A stretch of 64,000 nucleotides of DNA from a virus (lineage: Duplodnaviria > Caudoviricetes), in IMG/VR virus record IMGVR_UViG_3300017780_002943, positions 3,415-67,414 of that record; one strand, given 5' to 3'. Within the stretch, counting starts at the first letter, position 1. Each line of letters opens with the position of its first letter. Both the position numbers and the translations under genes were made by a program. Positions 27,149-37,886 of the stretch are shown here, piece after piece. The notes below the pieces were generated by a model. The model saw only the letters and a program-made list of their open reading frames with translations, was not told where the DNA came from and did not search any database.

Positions 27149-28289
27149 TCTAGATAACCTATCAGTAGAAGATCTTAAACAGAAATATAAAGATACTGAA
27201 GACTTAGTTAATCAGTACTACAACCAAGAGCAATCTGTTAAGCGAATACTTAACTCGATATACGGTGCATTCGGTAATGAGTACTTCTATTTCTTCAATA
27301 TCAATATTGCTGAAAGCATTACATTGCAAGGTCAGAATGCCATTCTGTATACTGAAAAGATGGTTAATCTTTACTTTAAAGATTTTTGGCATAAAGACAA
27401 AGAGCTGCATGAAAAGATGGGCATCGAAGTAAAAGGCCAGGTATTAAAGCCTGTTGTTATTTACATTGATACAGACTCGTGTTATCTTTCCTTTGAAGAA
27501 GCTATCGTTAAGTCTAACTGGCAAGGAACTGAGAAAGATTTCATTCTTGAGATCTATAAAAATCGTCTTAATGCTTACATCAAGCGTGTTCTACAAAAAT
27601 ACGCTGACGGATATGTTACTGAAAACTTCTTGGACTTTGAGCTTGAATCAATTGCCAAGAATGCAATTTGGCTGGCTAAGAAAAAATACATTCAGAATAT
27701 TGTATGGGCCGATCCAGGTAATCACTATGACCCATTGACTAAAATTAAAACCAAGGGTTTTGAGATTATACAATCATCTACTCCGCTTTTCGCAAGAAAG
27801 AGATTAAATGATGCAATCAAACTTATACTCGGCAAAGACAATATAGAGCTTTCTGAAATTGTACAATTCTTAAAAGAGGCAAAGAAAGAGTTTAAGATAG
27901 CAAACATCGAAGACATCTGCTTTAGCTTAAGAATGAATAACTATGAAAAGTACATTGTCAGTGATGTTAATACATTTGAGTTTGCTTCCGGTTGTCCAAT
28001 GACCGTAAGATCAGCAGGCTATTATAACTTCTTACTTAACAGCTCTAAGTTTAAGAACAAGTATCAGTTGATTGGTAACGCCGAGAAGTTAAAGATGTAT
28101 GAAACAACTGATAAGGATTGTAACGTATTTGCTTTCAAGGCTGGATCATATCCATATGAATTTGCACCTACTATAGATTATGAAGCACAATTTGAAAAAT
28201 GTATGATCGAACCACTGAATCGTGTGTTAAGTGCAACAGGTCTAAAAACATTAGACCGTAATTTAATATACAGCACTGCACTTTTCTGA
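27141..28289 (+). CDS. Family B DNA polymerase, C-terminal part
   Basis: Motif B KRILNSIYG, motif C YIDTDS, KKKY, KTKGFE; ends STALF. Confidence 0.92.
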   Translation: MTNLDNLSVEDLKQKYKDTEDLVNQYYNQEQSVKRILNSIYGAFGNEYFYFFNINIAESITLQGQNAILYTEKMVNLYFKDFWHKDKELHEKMGIEVKGQVLKPVVIYIDTDSCYLSFEEAIVKSNWQGTEKDFILEIYKNRLNAYIKRVLQKYADGYVTENFLDFELESIAKNAIWLAKKKYIQNIVWADPGNHYDPLTKIKTKGFEIIQSSTPLFARKRLNDAIKLILGKDNIELSEIVQFLKEAKKEFKIANIEDICFSLRMNNYEKYIVSDVNTFEFASGCPMTVRSAGYYNFLLNSSKFKNKYQLIGNAEKLKMYETTDKDCNVFAFKAGSYPYEFAPTIDYEAQFEKCMIEPLNRVLSATGLKTLDRNLIYSTALF

Positions 28290-28309
28290 TATAAAATAAA
28301 AATAATAAT

Positions 28310-29560
28310 ATGGCAAAAACATTAAAAACTAAAGGCGAATTTAGTTTCGAAGACTTAAATAAAGAGCTTGCGAAAACCAGCTCATTGGGTTCAGTAATGG
28401 ACATTAGTGAATTTAGCGAAATTGACAAATACATGCATAGCGGTAATTACCATTTGAATGCATGTCTTACTGGTTCAATTCGAAAGGGATATCCAAGCAA
28501 TCGTTCAATTGCATTAGCAGGCCCATCAGGTACCGGTAAAACGTATCTTATCTTAAACACAGTTAAGCACCACATTGCAGATGATTACTATGTAATCTAT
28601 TTTGATTCAGAGAACGCTGTTGACAAAGAGCAAATGGTTAAGTTCGGTATTGATACCAGTAAAGTTCGCTATGAACCAATCGGTACAGTTGAAGAGTTTA
28701 GAACCATTGTAACTCAAACATGTCAAACACTTATCGATGCAAAGAGAGGTGGTTATGAAATACCGCGTATCCTATTTGTATTAGACTCTGCAGGTAACCT
28801 TGCCTCTAAGAAAGAAGTTGATGATGCGATGTCAGGATCTGATAAGGCAGACATGTCTAGATCTAAGAAAATGAAGTCTATCTTCCGTATTATCATGAAT
28901 AAGATGGCAGAGATTAAAGCTACATTTATCTTCAGTAACCACGTTTACATGACTCAAGACTTTTACCCAGAAGCGAAAGCAGGAGGTGGTACAGGTCCAG
29001 AGTATGCAGCATCTATTATCCTGTTCTTAAGCAAAGCTAAATTAAAAGAGGTTAGGAAAGTAGACGGTAAGAAAGTAACTGAACAGACAGGTATCATTGT
29101 AACAGCACGTCCAAATAAAAACAGATTTGCTAAACCAACTTCAATTAAATTCCAAATCCCTTTTAATAAAGGAATGAACGAATATGTTGGCCTAGAAAAT
29201 TACATTTCATGGGAAACTTGCGGTATTCAAAAAGGTTATGTGTATTCTGAAAAGGAATATACTAAACTAAAGGAGAAAGACCAAATCGGTTTAGTTCCAT
29301 TCACATATACTGATACTGAAACGGGTGAAATAACCACCAGATATTTTGAAGCATCTGAATCTTCTAACAAAATAGTAGTAAGACACCTAGGTCGAACTAT
29401 TGATAATGCCGAGTTTTTTACAGACAAGGTATTTACAACAGAAGTGCTCGATGCAATCGACGCTCATATCCAACCATTGTTTAACTACGGAATAGAAGAT
29501 GCCGGTATTGATGAATTTGATATCGATGACGAAACTATTTTTGAAGACGACGCAGAATAA
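28310..29560 (+). CDS. uvsX: UvsX / RecA-like recombinase
   Basis: GPSGTGKT, FDSENA, VLDSAG, GGGTGPEYAAS. Confidence 0.92.
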   Translation: MAKTLKTKGEFSFEDLNKELAKTSSLGSVMDISEFSEIDKYMHSGNYHLNACLTGSIRKGYPSNRSIALAGPSGTGKTYLILNTVKHHIADDYYVIYFDSENAVDKEQMVKFGIDTSKVRYEPIGTVEEFRTIVTQTCQTLIDAKRGGYEIPRILFVLDSAGNLASKKEVDDAMSGSDKADMSRSKKMKSIFRIIMNKMAEIKATFIFSNHVYMTQDFYPEAKAGGGTGPEYAASIILFLSKAKLKEVRKVDGKKVTEQTGIIVTARPNKNRFAKPTSIKFQIPFNKGMNEYVGLENYISWETCGIQKGYVYSEKEYTKLKEKDQIGLVPFTYTDTETGEITTRYFEASESSNKIVVRHLGRTIDNAEFFTDKVFTTEVLDAIDAHIQPLFNYGIEDAGIDEFDIDDETIFEDDAE

Positions 29561-29865
29561 TGTTTGATCCAGGTAAAATAAAGCTGAAGTATATTCTAGG
29601 TATTCACAAAGACTTACCTGGCTATCCGACAGGTGAAGACATAATGTACTTTGCAATTAAGCGCCACTATGAAAAAGATGGTTCTGACGATATTACATTT
29701 ACAGATAACTTCATAATCAAGAAACTCGGTCAAGAGCATTTAGATACCATCGTTGAATCACTGAATAAGCTGGTCAACGATGGTTATCTAGCTATAACCA
29801 GAGAAACAAAGGACAGTACTACTTATAAAGTACTTATAAACGATTACATTAAAAATGCAATTTAA
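29560..29865 (+). CDS. Hypothetical protein, possible winged helix
   Basis: Coupled to flanking genes; C-terminal ESLNKLVNDGYL...TYKV resembles wHTH ends. Confidence 0.5.
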   Translation: MFDPGKIKLKYILGIHKDLPGYPTGEDIMYFAIKRHYEKDGSDDITFTDNFIIKKLGQEHLDTIVESLNKLVNDGYLAITRETKDSTTYKVLINDYIKNAI

Positions 29866-31162
29866 TTCAAATTACGAGAAGCTATTTTTTATATTCTGTC
29901 TAAAGCAGCCAAAGTATTTGTCGATAATAGGTGACGGTTTCTTTACCAATCCTGATATCGACATCTTGGCATTCTTAGCCAAGAAGTTTTATGAGAAATT
30001 TTCTGAGCCGCCGACATCGTCTCAGATGAAACTTCTTGTTCAAAACTCTAAAAAGGCCAAAGATAAAGTCACAGAAAATATAATTGACACGGTATACGAT
30101 GTTAATCTAAGTGACTATGATGAGGACTGGTTAGAAACTACTGCAGAGTCCTGGATAAAATGGAGGAACTTTGACAAAAGCCTTATTGACGGTATTGAAT
30201 ATGTAAAGACGGCCAATGTTACACCAGACAATGTTGAATCTATTATTTCTAAATTCAGAGAGGTTATCAATGATAGAAATAAAATTAACTTCGACAAGGA
30301 TCTCGGTCTAGACTTCTTTAATCCAGATGCCCACATCCAACACACATCAGATAAGATATCTTCAGGATATTCATTTATTGATAGAGTGACAAATGGCGGT
30401 TATGATCCATGTTCTCTTGTTGTATATGCCGGTGAACAAAATGTCGGTAAATCTATATGGCTTGCTAATGAAGCAGCAAACTATGTAAGACTAGGTTACA
30501 ATACAGCTTTTGTTACAGCTGAGATGGCAGGTCATAAAGTTATTAAAAGAGTCGGGGCTAATCTCCTTAATATATCTATGTCAGAATACGACACCAAGTC
30601 TAAAGACGTAGTTTTTATGAAGAGAAGATTGGAAAATGTGGGCGATGGCCTACTCCCACCTGGTAGATTATTCGTTAAAAAGTTTCCAACCAGCCAAGCC
30701 TCCGTACCTGATATTGAAAACTATTTGCTAGATCTAGAAGAAACGACAGGTGCAAAACTAAGAGCAGTTGTTATAGACTATATCAATATTCTTTGTAACC
30801 ATAGAAATCCAAATAGTGAAAACACCTATATGAAGATCAAGCAGATAGCTGAAGATCTTCGAGCAATGGCTGATAGAAATAAATGGTTAATTGTAACAGC
30901 TACTCAGATTAAAAGAGGTGCCTACAACTCAACAGATATTGGAATGGAAGATATATCAGAATCTGCAGGTCTATCGCATACAGCCGATATGATGTATGCT
31001 ATCATTCAAGATGAGCTAATGCATTCTGAACATGAATACTGGTTAAAGATACTGAAAATAAGAGACGGTGAAGGTAAAAACTTAAAATGTAAATTCAATA
31101 TAAACTACGACTATATGCGACTGAATGAGACTAATGAAACATCCAGTTCAGGTATAAATTAA
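29855..31162 (+). CDS. gp41: Replicative helicase, T4 gp41 / DnaB-like
   Basis: GEQNVGKS, FVTAEM, VIDYIN, TATQ, SESAG. Confidence 0.92.
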   Translation: MQFNSNYEKLFFIFCLKQPKYLSIIGDGFFTNPDIDILAFLAKKFYEKFSEPPTSSQMKLLVQNSKKAKDKVTENIIDTVYDVNLSDYDEDWLETTAESWIKWRNFDKSLIDGIEYVKTANVTPDNVESIISKFREVINDRNKINFDKDLGLDFFNPDAHIQHTSDKISSGYSFIDRVTNGGYDPCSLVVYAGEQNVGKSIWLANEAANYVRLGYNTAFVTAEMAGHKVIKRVGANLLNISMSEYDTKSKDVVFMKRRLENVGDGLLPPGRLFVKKFPTSQASVPDIENYLLDLEETTGAKLRAVVIDYINILCNHRNPNSENTYMKIKQIAEDLRAMADRNKWLIVTATQIKRGAYNSTDIGMEDISESAGLSHTADMMYAIIQDELMHSEHEYWLKILKIRDGEGKNLKCKFNINYDYMRLNETNETSSSGIN

Positions 31163-31166
31163 ATAT

Positions 31167-31601
31167 ATGAGAACAAAAAGAGATAAAATATTCGATAATA
31201 AATTCGATGAAACAGAGTACGATTCACAGCCGATAGCATTTAGGGTAGATTCTTCATATGATGGGGATTCAAGTGTGGAAGATACTGTACATGACTCGAT
31301 TCTTTTTGAGAAAGTTGAAACACTTATTAAAAATAGTAAGTATTCAGAATACGCTGAGTATGATAAAATCAACCCCGATAAGCTCAGTAAATCATCCATC
31401 AATGAGATATATGTTTACATAAGTCAAAATGTAAATGAATATACTAAAACCGAAATCTTTTCGGTACTGTCTGATTTTCTAGATGTTGCACCCAACAAAT
31501 TCTACAACTCCCTAAGTAATATTGCAAAAGAGGAGTTAATACTTGAGCTAGATAAAAAACTAAATATCCTTGACAAAAAGGGTATACGTAAATTATTTTA
31601 A
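31167..31601 (+). CDS. Hypothetical protein, candidate gp33-like late-transcription coactivator
   Basis: C-terminal LSNIAKEELILELDKKLNILDKKGIRKLF resembles gp33-family C-termini by eye. Confidence 0.4.
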   Translation: MRTKRDKIFDNKFDETEYDSQPIAFRVDSSYDGDSSVEDTVHDSILFEKVETLIKNSKYSEYAEYDKINPDKLSKSSINEIYVYISQNVNEYTKTEIFSVLSDFLDVAPNKFYNSLSNIAKEELILELDKKLNILDKKGIRKLF

Positions 31602-31602
31602 C

Positions 31603-32688
31603 ATGGCTAAAAGAATATTCATTCTAGGCGACGTGCACTTTGGTATAAGAGCTAGTAGCATGGAATGGTTTGAAATAACCAAAAGTTACTTTGAGGATTT
31701 TTTTATCCCAATGCTAAAAGAGCATTATAGACCCGGTGACGTGTTCGTTCAACTAGGTGATGTTTTTGATAACAGGCAGTCAGTTAACTTAAAATTTAAC
31801 AACTATGCCATAGATGTGTTTTCAAGAATATCTGAAATAATTGAAACACATATTATCGTCGGTAACCATGACATTTACTATAAACATAGTAATGATGTCT
31901 CTTCGTTAGACAGCTTTAAGTATATTCCTAATCTTCATGTCTATAAACAACCACATGTCGTAGACTTTGGCAAAGCTAAATGTCTTATGTTACCATGGTG
32001 TTCAACACCTGAAGTCGAAGCCGAGTATCTAGTAAAATATGCCGGCAAAGCCGATTATATCTTTTCACATAGTGAAATGAAAGGATTGATGCTTAATAAA
32101 AAATCAAAGCAAGAGCATGGGACGCCTGTCGGTAAATTCGCTGAATATATTAGAGTCTATTCTGGCCATATACATTATGCCCAAAAGAATAAGAATGTTG
32201 TTATGGTAGGTAATGCATATCAAATGACGCGTTCAGATGGCGATAATTCTAAAGGTGTTTACATTCTAGATTTAGAAACAGGTGACCATCAATTCATTGA
32301 AAATAATTATACACCAAAATTTGTTAAGCTCAATTTAACAAAGATACTTGACAAGACTATAGATGAGATTAAAGAGTTGATGAAAAATAACTTTGTCGAT
32401 CTCTATATTGCATCAGATATTCCAATCAAATATAACCTGTCGAGTTTTATGGCCATGGTACAAGCCGAGGCCAGAAAAATAGAACCAAATATCTATGATG
32501 AGAAAACATACATAGACATTGATTCTATTACAGAAGAAGTTCAAAATGGATATAAGAACTTCAACGTTATCAATCTCTGTAATAAGTTCGTTGAAAGCAT
32601 GAATATAGATGATGATAACAAATCTAAATTAACTATGACAATCGAAAAGCTTTATAACGATTGTAGTAACAAATATAAAGCAGAATGA
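31603..32688 (+). CDS. gp47: gp47 / Mre11-SbcD-like nuclease
   Basis: GDVHFG, GDVFDNR, GNHD, SGHIH; ATG 31603 preferred to TTG 31570. Confidence 0.92.
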   Translation: MAKRIFILGDVHFGIRASSMEWFEITKSYFEDFFIPMLKEHYRPGDVFVQLGDVFDNRQSVNLKFNNYAIDVFSRISEIIETHIIVGNHDIYYKHSNDVSSLDSFKYIPNLHVYKQPHVVDFGKAKCLMLPWCSTPEVEAEYLVKYAGKADYIFSHSEMKGLMLNKKSKQEHGTPVGKFAEYIRVYSGHIHYAQKNKNVVMVGNAYQMTRSDGDNSKGVYILDLETGDHQFIENNYTPKFVKLNLTKILDKTIDEIKELMKNNFVDLYIASDIPIKYNLSSFMAMVQAEARKIEPNIYDEKTYIDIDSITEEVQNGYKNFNVINLCNKFVESMNIDDDNKSKLTMTIEKLYNDCSNKYKAE

Positions 32689-34358
32689 AGATAGAAGAAA
32701 TTTCATTTAAGAACTTTGCATCATACGGAAACCAAATACAAACACTTGAATTTGATAAAAATAAAAGTTCATTGTATCTGGTTCTTGGCGGTAATGGTTA
32801 TGGTAAATCTACTATAGCCAATGCAATCATCTATGGGCTTTATGGTAAGCTAGAAGATTTTAATTTACCTGACCTTCCTAACAGAATCAATAAAAACCTG
32901 TGGGTTCGTATCAAGCTTAAATGTGGGAAAAAAAGCGTGATAGTTGAAAGAGGTATCGCACCTAAGCTTTTTAATGCTACCGTTGATGGTGTTGAGCTAG
33001 ATCAAGCAGGTATGAGTAATGTTCAAGACTACTTAGAAAATGAAGTCTATGAAATACCATACCACGTTTTCAAAAATATAATCATTCTTTCAGTAAATGA
33101 CTTTAAGTCATTTTTGACAATGAGCCCAAAGGACAAGAGAAATATCGTCGATAAGCTTTTTGGCTTTTCAATTATCAATGACATGTATACCCGTGTCAAG
33201 GATATGAAAAAGGAAATTAAAGACGAATTGAAATCAATTGAAGATGAGCTGAGAACGATTGAGGCCTCTATCACTTCTACGTCTAATAAAATAGAAGAAC
33301 TAGAAAAGATATCTGCAGACCAGGATAAAGAAAAGATAATTGCACTTAAAGCCGAAGTGTTAACACTTAACTCCGATAAGAAAAAACTTGATGAAGCAAA
33401 TGAAAGGCTTTCTAAGTTACATGACGAAATCGAAGAGCAGATCAGCACTAAGAACGATGAGTACAACAAAAATAACGAGGTTCTAAATAACGCAAAACGT
33501 AAACTGAAGTTGTATGAAAATAAAAAATGCCCGACCTGTGAGTCACCTCTTGATGAAGGCATACATCTTCATATAAAGCAACAGAATGAAATGATTGCTG
33601 TGACAATGCCATCAGTTATCTCACAAATACAACAGGACATAACTGATCTTAAAGGTAACTTTTCCGAGAATAGGAAAAAGCAAAACGCAGTTTCAAATAA
33701 AATATGGGATCTAAACTCTAGAATTAACACAATTAAAAGTGAGCTGGTTTCTATATCAAAAGGTTTAGAAACAAGCGGTCAGTTTACGCAACTGAATAGC
33801 CTTGTAGATGAGTTCAAGAAAAATAAAAGAGAAAAACATCTTGTTTCAATGACCAGATATGATGAAGACAATTTCATGTCTCTGGTTGAAATGGTATTAG
33901 GTGATGACGGTGTTAAGAACCTAGCGGTTAAAACAATACTACCGGGTCTTAACACATCAATTGCCCAAATGGTTTCTGAAATGCACTTAAGCTTTCATAT
34001 AAGGTTTGATGACAAGTTCAATTGTCTTATCAATCACCTGGGTGAAGATGTCAATCCTAAAACTTTAAGTACTGGTGAAAGAAAGAAGGCGGACTTTATT
34101 ATTGTCATAGCAATTATTAAACTCCTAAAGCTTAGATTTCCGCAACTTAACATTTTATTCTTAGATGAGATTTTTAGCTCAGTTGATGCGGATGGTGTCT
34201 ATAGCATACTAAAGATTCTGAATAAAGTAATCAAAGAGAATAACCTTAATACTTTTGTTATCAACCACACCGTACTGCCACTTGAAATATTCGATAAAAA
34301 GATAGAGATTTACAAGGATAATGGTTTTAGCAAATTTACAGTTGAGACAATCAACTAA
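32685..34358 (+). CDS. gp46: gp46 / Rad50-SbcC-like ATPase
   Basis: GGNGYGKST, CPTC hook, LSTGE, FLDE. Confidence 0.92.
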   Translation: MKIEEISFKNFASYGNQIQTLEFDKNKSSLYLVLGGNGYGKSTIANAIIYGLYGKLEDFNLPDLPNRINKNLWVRIKLKCGKKSVIVERGIAPKLFNATVDGVELDQAGMSNVQDYLENEVYEIPYHVFKNIIILSVNDFKSFLTMSPKDKRNIVDKLFGFSIINDMYTRVKDMKKEIKDELKSIEDELRTIEASITSTSNKIEELEKISADQDKEKIIALKAEVLTLNSDKKKLDEANERLSKLHDEIEEQISTKNDEYNKNNEVLNNAKRKLKLYENKKCPTCESPLDEGIHLHIKQQNEMIAVTMPSVISQIQQDITDLKGNFSENRKKQNAVSNKIWDLNSRINTIKSELVSISKGLETSGQFTQLNSLVDEFKKNKREKHLVSMTRYDEDNFMSLVEMVLGDDGVKNLAVKTILPGLNTSIAQMVSEMHLSFHIRFDDKFNCLINHLGEDVNPKTLSTGERKKADFIIVIAIIKLLKLRFPQLNILFLDEIFSSVDADGVYSILKILNKVIKENNLNTFVINHTVLPLEIFDKKIEIYKDNGFSKFTVETIN

Positions 34359-34366
34359 GATATATA
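34359..34366 (+). promoter_or_regulatory. Putative late promoter GATATATA
   Basis: 17 nt before ATG 34384. Confidence 0.55.
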
Positions 34367-34383
34367 AACCGTAGAATCAATAA

Positions 34384-35175
34384 ATGGCAACGTATAATCT
34401 CAAATTTAATAAGGACGACAGTGTCATCAGACACGTCATAGTTGGTTTACTTGCCGACCTAAACAACAAGGTTTATTACTATATCCAAAGGACAGAAGAT
34501 AACCGAGAAAGGGTTCCTATACCTTTTCACTACGCAATAACAGGCAGTGAAGCTTTCTTATATGATAACTTCTTACAGGACTCGTTGCTTGACCCAGGTA
34601 ATCAAGTGGCCATGGGTAATTATAATAAGTTACCTATCGGTATTATAAACATGACAAGCATGAATATCGATTCTGCGTCTTTGCTTAACAAATATGTAAG
34701 AGGTACTTATGTAAAAGAAATGCCTGATCAGACTGTCAGATCATTTATTTCACAGTTTCAGATGATACCTGTTACTATGAATTTTGACTGTACTATAAAA
34801 GTTGATAGTAATCTAGACCAATTTAAAGTTGCAGAATCTTTGATAAAGATTCTATATAAAAGCAATCAATTTAATGTTGATGCTGGTACACTACAGGAAG
34901 GTACATTTAGATTGGCTTCATACTATAAGTTTCCTGAGGATCAAGCTTTTGAAAGGCCAATACAGTTTGGCTTTAATGATCAAAAGCAATACACTATAAC
35001 ATTTTCTATTGAAATGCTTTCGTTTATACCTTCATTTGAGAAAAGTGATGAACAGTACAGCGGTAATAGAATGTTTAACATCGATAATCCCGGTTATGTT
35101 GTACCTAATATTGAAAAAGATAAAGGTCTAGTTATACCGGATGGAGATAGTGCATTCAATGAAACCAATCACTAA
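34384..35175 (+). CDS. Tail completion / sheath terminator, T4 gp15-like
   Basis: VPIPFHY and PVTMNFD segments resemble the gp15 family; late promoter upstream. Confidence 0.6.
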   Translation: MATYNLKFNKDDSVIRHVIVGLLADLNNKVYYYIQRTEDNRERVPIPFHYAITGSEAFLYDNFLQDSLLDPGNQVAMGNYNKLPIGIINMTSMNIDSASLLNKYVRGTYVKEMPDQTVRSFISQFQMIPVTMNFDCTIKVDSNLDQFKVAESLIKILYKSNQFNVDAGTLQEGTFRLASYYKFPEDQAFERPIQFGFNDQKQYTITFSIEMLSFIPSFEKSDEQYSGNRMFNIDNPGYVVPNIEKDKGLVIPDGDSAFNETNH

Positions 35176-35182
35176 TATGCGC

Positions 35183-35190
35183 AATATATA
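35183..35190 (+). promoter_or_regulatory. Putative late promoter AATATATA
   Basis: 20 nt before ATG 35211. Confidence 0.55.
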
Positions 35191-35210
35191 ACAAAAATCA
35201 AAGGTCTGAT

Positions 35211-36860
35211 ATGTCAAAAGTAAACGAGCAATTTACGCTTAACTATAGTAACCCAGCTAATAACTTTGGGTCTAATAATCTTAGAGATCTTATTCTAGTC
35301 CTACATGAGTCTGGTAAAAATCAAGAAATGATTTTTAACGTACTTAACATGATAGGTGTAGACAAGCAAAAAGCGTATGAAGCTATCGAGTGTTATGTAC
35401 CAAAACAAACAAAAGATACAATTATAAAAATGGAACTAAAAGAAAAAATAGAAGCTAGCAAGGAAGTTTTAGATAAGCTTAATACACTTTCTACTGAAGA
35501 CGATTCTCTAAAGAAAGCGACTAAGCAACTTAGCGAAACTGTTGCTGAACTTATTGGTAATGAAAAAGCTAAGGCTAAAAAGTCAAATGCTAAGAATACT
35601 GAAATGAAGCTGGATCTTAAAGGAAAGCTTTCAAGCCTTAAGGCTATCACAGAAAAGATGGGCGGTTCATTCCATACATCTTCATTGAAGTCGCTTCTAG
35701 AAAAATACTCGAAGATTATAGCATCTTCTAACTATTCACATCCTCATATTGCAAAGGGTTTGGTTTTCGAAACTAAAGACTATATGTGGATTGAATCAAT
35801 TGCATCAGTAGTAAATGAAATTTCAAGTTTCCTAAATGAAAATGTAATTAGCATTCAAATTGATGCAGCTTATACAAAGCTTAAAACATCTAACAGAAAT
35901 GCTTACTTCTCACAGGCATTCCCAGTTCTTGAGGATTTGATGTGCCTTACAGAGTCTGAAATCAGAGAGAAGGCTAAATACTCACTTACAGTACACACCT
36001 GGATTCCTGAGATTAAAGCTATTATTGAGAATATCAACTCATTGCAAAATGATGTAAATGAGACCCATGACCATGTTGTTGTGAAAAAATATTCACCTAT
36101 TATTGAAAATAACGGTAGCCATATCTTCAGTGTATCAGGTAGCATATTCAAAATGCATGATGGTCAAATTTCAAGAATTAGCCCACAGGAAGTAGGTGCA
36201 GCATACCTTACACTCGTTGCAGTAGAGGAGAATGCTAGGTTCTCAGACAATAAAATGACATTCTACAGAGGAAATCATGTATATGAAATTCAATTAAACG
36301 AAAGCAGTAGAGACTTCTTCGTAGATGGAAGACAGCTTGTATTCACAGAAAAGTCACAGCTTAAAAATCTTCTAGTATCTACTTGCCATTTCGATCTAAA
36401 CGAAATGAACAAGACGGATATGTTGGTTGCAGCATATGAGCACGCTGATAAATTTGTTGAACTTGATTTTGTTTACAGTATTAACCATAGACACAAACAT
36501 AGTCTTACTGCAAACATTATGAGATTAGGTGAGAACATCTATATCAATAAGATCAACAAGGCAATGGCAATCAATGAGTTCTTTAAAGCAGAGAACGCTA
36601 CTAAAGCGGTTCAGATCGTAAAAGAGTTCATTAACTATGACATCAGCGTAGTTGTAGAAGATTTACTTTCAGAAGATGTTAAGAGTGCAAAAATTCTTGA
36701 AAGTAAAAAGAATGAGTTGTTCGATAAAATCAATTTCCTAAAAGAGCAAAAAAGCGAGCTTAGTAAAGAAGATATGAAAAATCAATATATCTCTGAAGCA
36801 AACAAACTTATAACTGAAGAAATTGAAAAATTCGAAAAAGAACTTAACATACTTCTTTAA
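35211..36860 (+). CDS. Hypothetical late protein (549 aa), possibly a prohead core component
   Basis: Own late-type promoter; several V/L-x-E sites; C-terminal coiled coil. Confidence 0.45.
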   Translation: MSKVNEQFTLNYSNPANNFGSNNLRDLILVLHESGKNQEMIFNVLNMIGVDKQKAYEAIECYVPKQTKDTIIKMELKEKIEASKEVLDKLNTLSTEDDSLKKATKQLSETVAELIGNEKAKAKKSNAKNTEMKLDLKGKLSSLKAITEKMGGSFHTSSLKSLLEKYSKIIASSNYSHPHIAKGLVFETKDYMWIESIASVVNEISSFLNENVISIQIDAAYTKLKTSNRNAYFSQAFPVLEDLMCLTESEIREKAKYSLTVHTWIPEIKAIIENINSLQNDVNETHDHVVVKKYSPIIENNGSHIFSVSGSIFKMHDGQISRISPQEVGAAYLTLVAVEENARFSDNKMTFYRGNHVYEIQLNESSRDFFVDGRQLVFTEKSQLKNLLVSTCHFDLNEMNKTDMLVAAYEHADKFVELDFVYSINHRHKHSLTANIMRLGENIYINKINKAMAINEFFKAENATKAVQIVKEFINYDISVVVEDLLSEDVKSAKILESKKNELFDKINFLKEQKSELSKEDMKNQYISEANKLITEEIEKFEKELNILL

Positions 36861-36883
36861 ACTAGACACAATCTATTAAATAG

Positions 36884-36913
36884 CAATAAGCGGACTTAAC
36901 AGTCCGCTTATTG
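36884..36913. terminator. 13-bp hairpin, probable terminator
   Basis: CAATAAGCGGACT-TAAC-AGTCCGCTTATTG; weak U-tract. Confidence 0.7.
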
Positions 36914-36917
36914 TGCG

Positions 36918-36947
36918 TTGAAACAACTGCAATTATTTGCATATAAA
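36918..36947 (+). promoter_or_regulatory. Putative TTGAAAC-class promoter of the late sigma gene
   Basis: TTGAAA-N18-TATAAA, 13 nt before ATG 36961. Confidence 0.6.
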
Positions 36948-36960
36948 ATAATATACTTTA

Positions 36961-37416
36961 ATGGTAGATATTGATCCTAATAATAACAACACACTTGATA
37001 TGATTGCACTTGAAATAGAAAGAGAAATTCAGTCTAAGAAAACCAAACCAAAGGCTAAGAGAAAAAAAGAATACCTTAACAATAAGGATCTTTATGATGA
37101 GATTGTAAAATCCAAAGATCAAGATAAACTTACATCTACTGCGGAAAAAATGCTCATGCTTCTTGCAGAAAGGGCAATCACCAAAATGAAGTATGTTAGT
37201 TTAGATGATAAGAAGGATTGTTTGGCTTTTGCTATGCTAGATCTTTTAAAGTATTGGAGAGGTTTTAATCCTAAATATAAAAATGCGTTTGCATACTTTA
37301 CAGAAATCGCAAAGAAGGGTTATGCAAAGGGCTGGAATAAATTATATCCTAAGAAGTATAATGGTACTGTCAGTATAGATGGTAGTATGGATTCTGAAGG
37401 TATCTACTCGATATAA
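36961..37416 (+). CDS. gp55: Late-transcription sigma factor, T4 gp55-like
   Basis: YLNNKDL...FNPKYKNAFAYFTEI pattern. Confidence 0.8.
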   Translation: MVDIDPNNNNTLDMIALEIEREIQSKKTKPKAKRKKEYLNNKDLYDEIVKSKDQDKLTSTAEKMLMLLAERAITKMKYVSLDDKKDCLAFAMLDLLKYWRGFNPKYKNAFAYFTEIAKKGYAKGWNKLYPKKYNGTVSIDGSMDSEGIYSI

Positions 37417-37886
37417 TGTCAATCAAAAATCTTAAACCAGAAAGAGGCCAATTTAAGCAAGGTTTTTACCAGGACTTAAATGGTAAATATGTAGGTCCTA
37501 GACCAATCATATACAGATCTAGCTGGGAGTATAAATTTATGATTTACTGCGACAAGAATGAAGACGTTATTCAATGGGGTTCTGAACCTATCAAGATAAG
37601 ATACTACAACCCTCTTACAAAAAAGTATCACAATTACTATCCTGATTTTTATATGAAAATTAAAAAGAAGGATGGTACTGAAAAGAAATATATTGTAGAA
37701 ATAAAGCCATCAGCACAATTAAAAAAGCCTAAACCGCCTAAGAGAGTGACAGAGAAAGCTTTAAACAACTATAGTTATGCCGTCAACCAATACACTAAAA
37801 ACGTATTCAAAGCAGAGGCTGCAAAAAAGATTGCAGAAAGCATTGGCATGGAGTATATTATACTAACCGAAAAAACTCTTAAATAA
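37416..37886 (+). CDS. gp4: Head completion nuclease, T4 gp4-like (TnsA-type fold)
   Basis: YRSSWE-KFM-YCD, WGSEP, YYPDF, IVEIKP. Confidence 0.88.
   Translation: MSIKNLKPERGQFKQGFYQDLNGKYVGPRPIIYRSSWEYKFMIYCDKNEDVIQWGSEPIKIRYYNPLTKKYHNYYPDFYMKIKKKDGTEKKYIVEIKPSAQLKKPKPPKRVTEKALNNYSYAVNQYTKNVFKAEAAKKIAESIGMEYIILTEKTLK

Noticed and set aside
24060-27260. Split intein or intron joining the polymerase halves
   Set aside because: No Cys/Ser-start or His-Asn-end intein motifs at the junction ends; the intervening DNA is filled by ordinary genes
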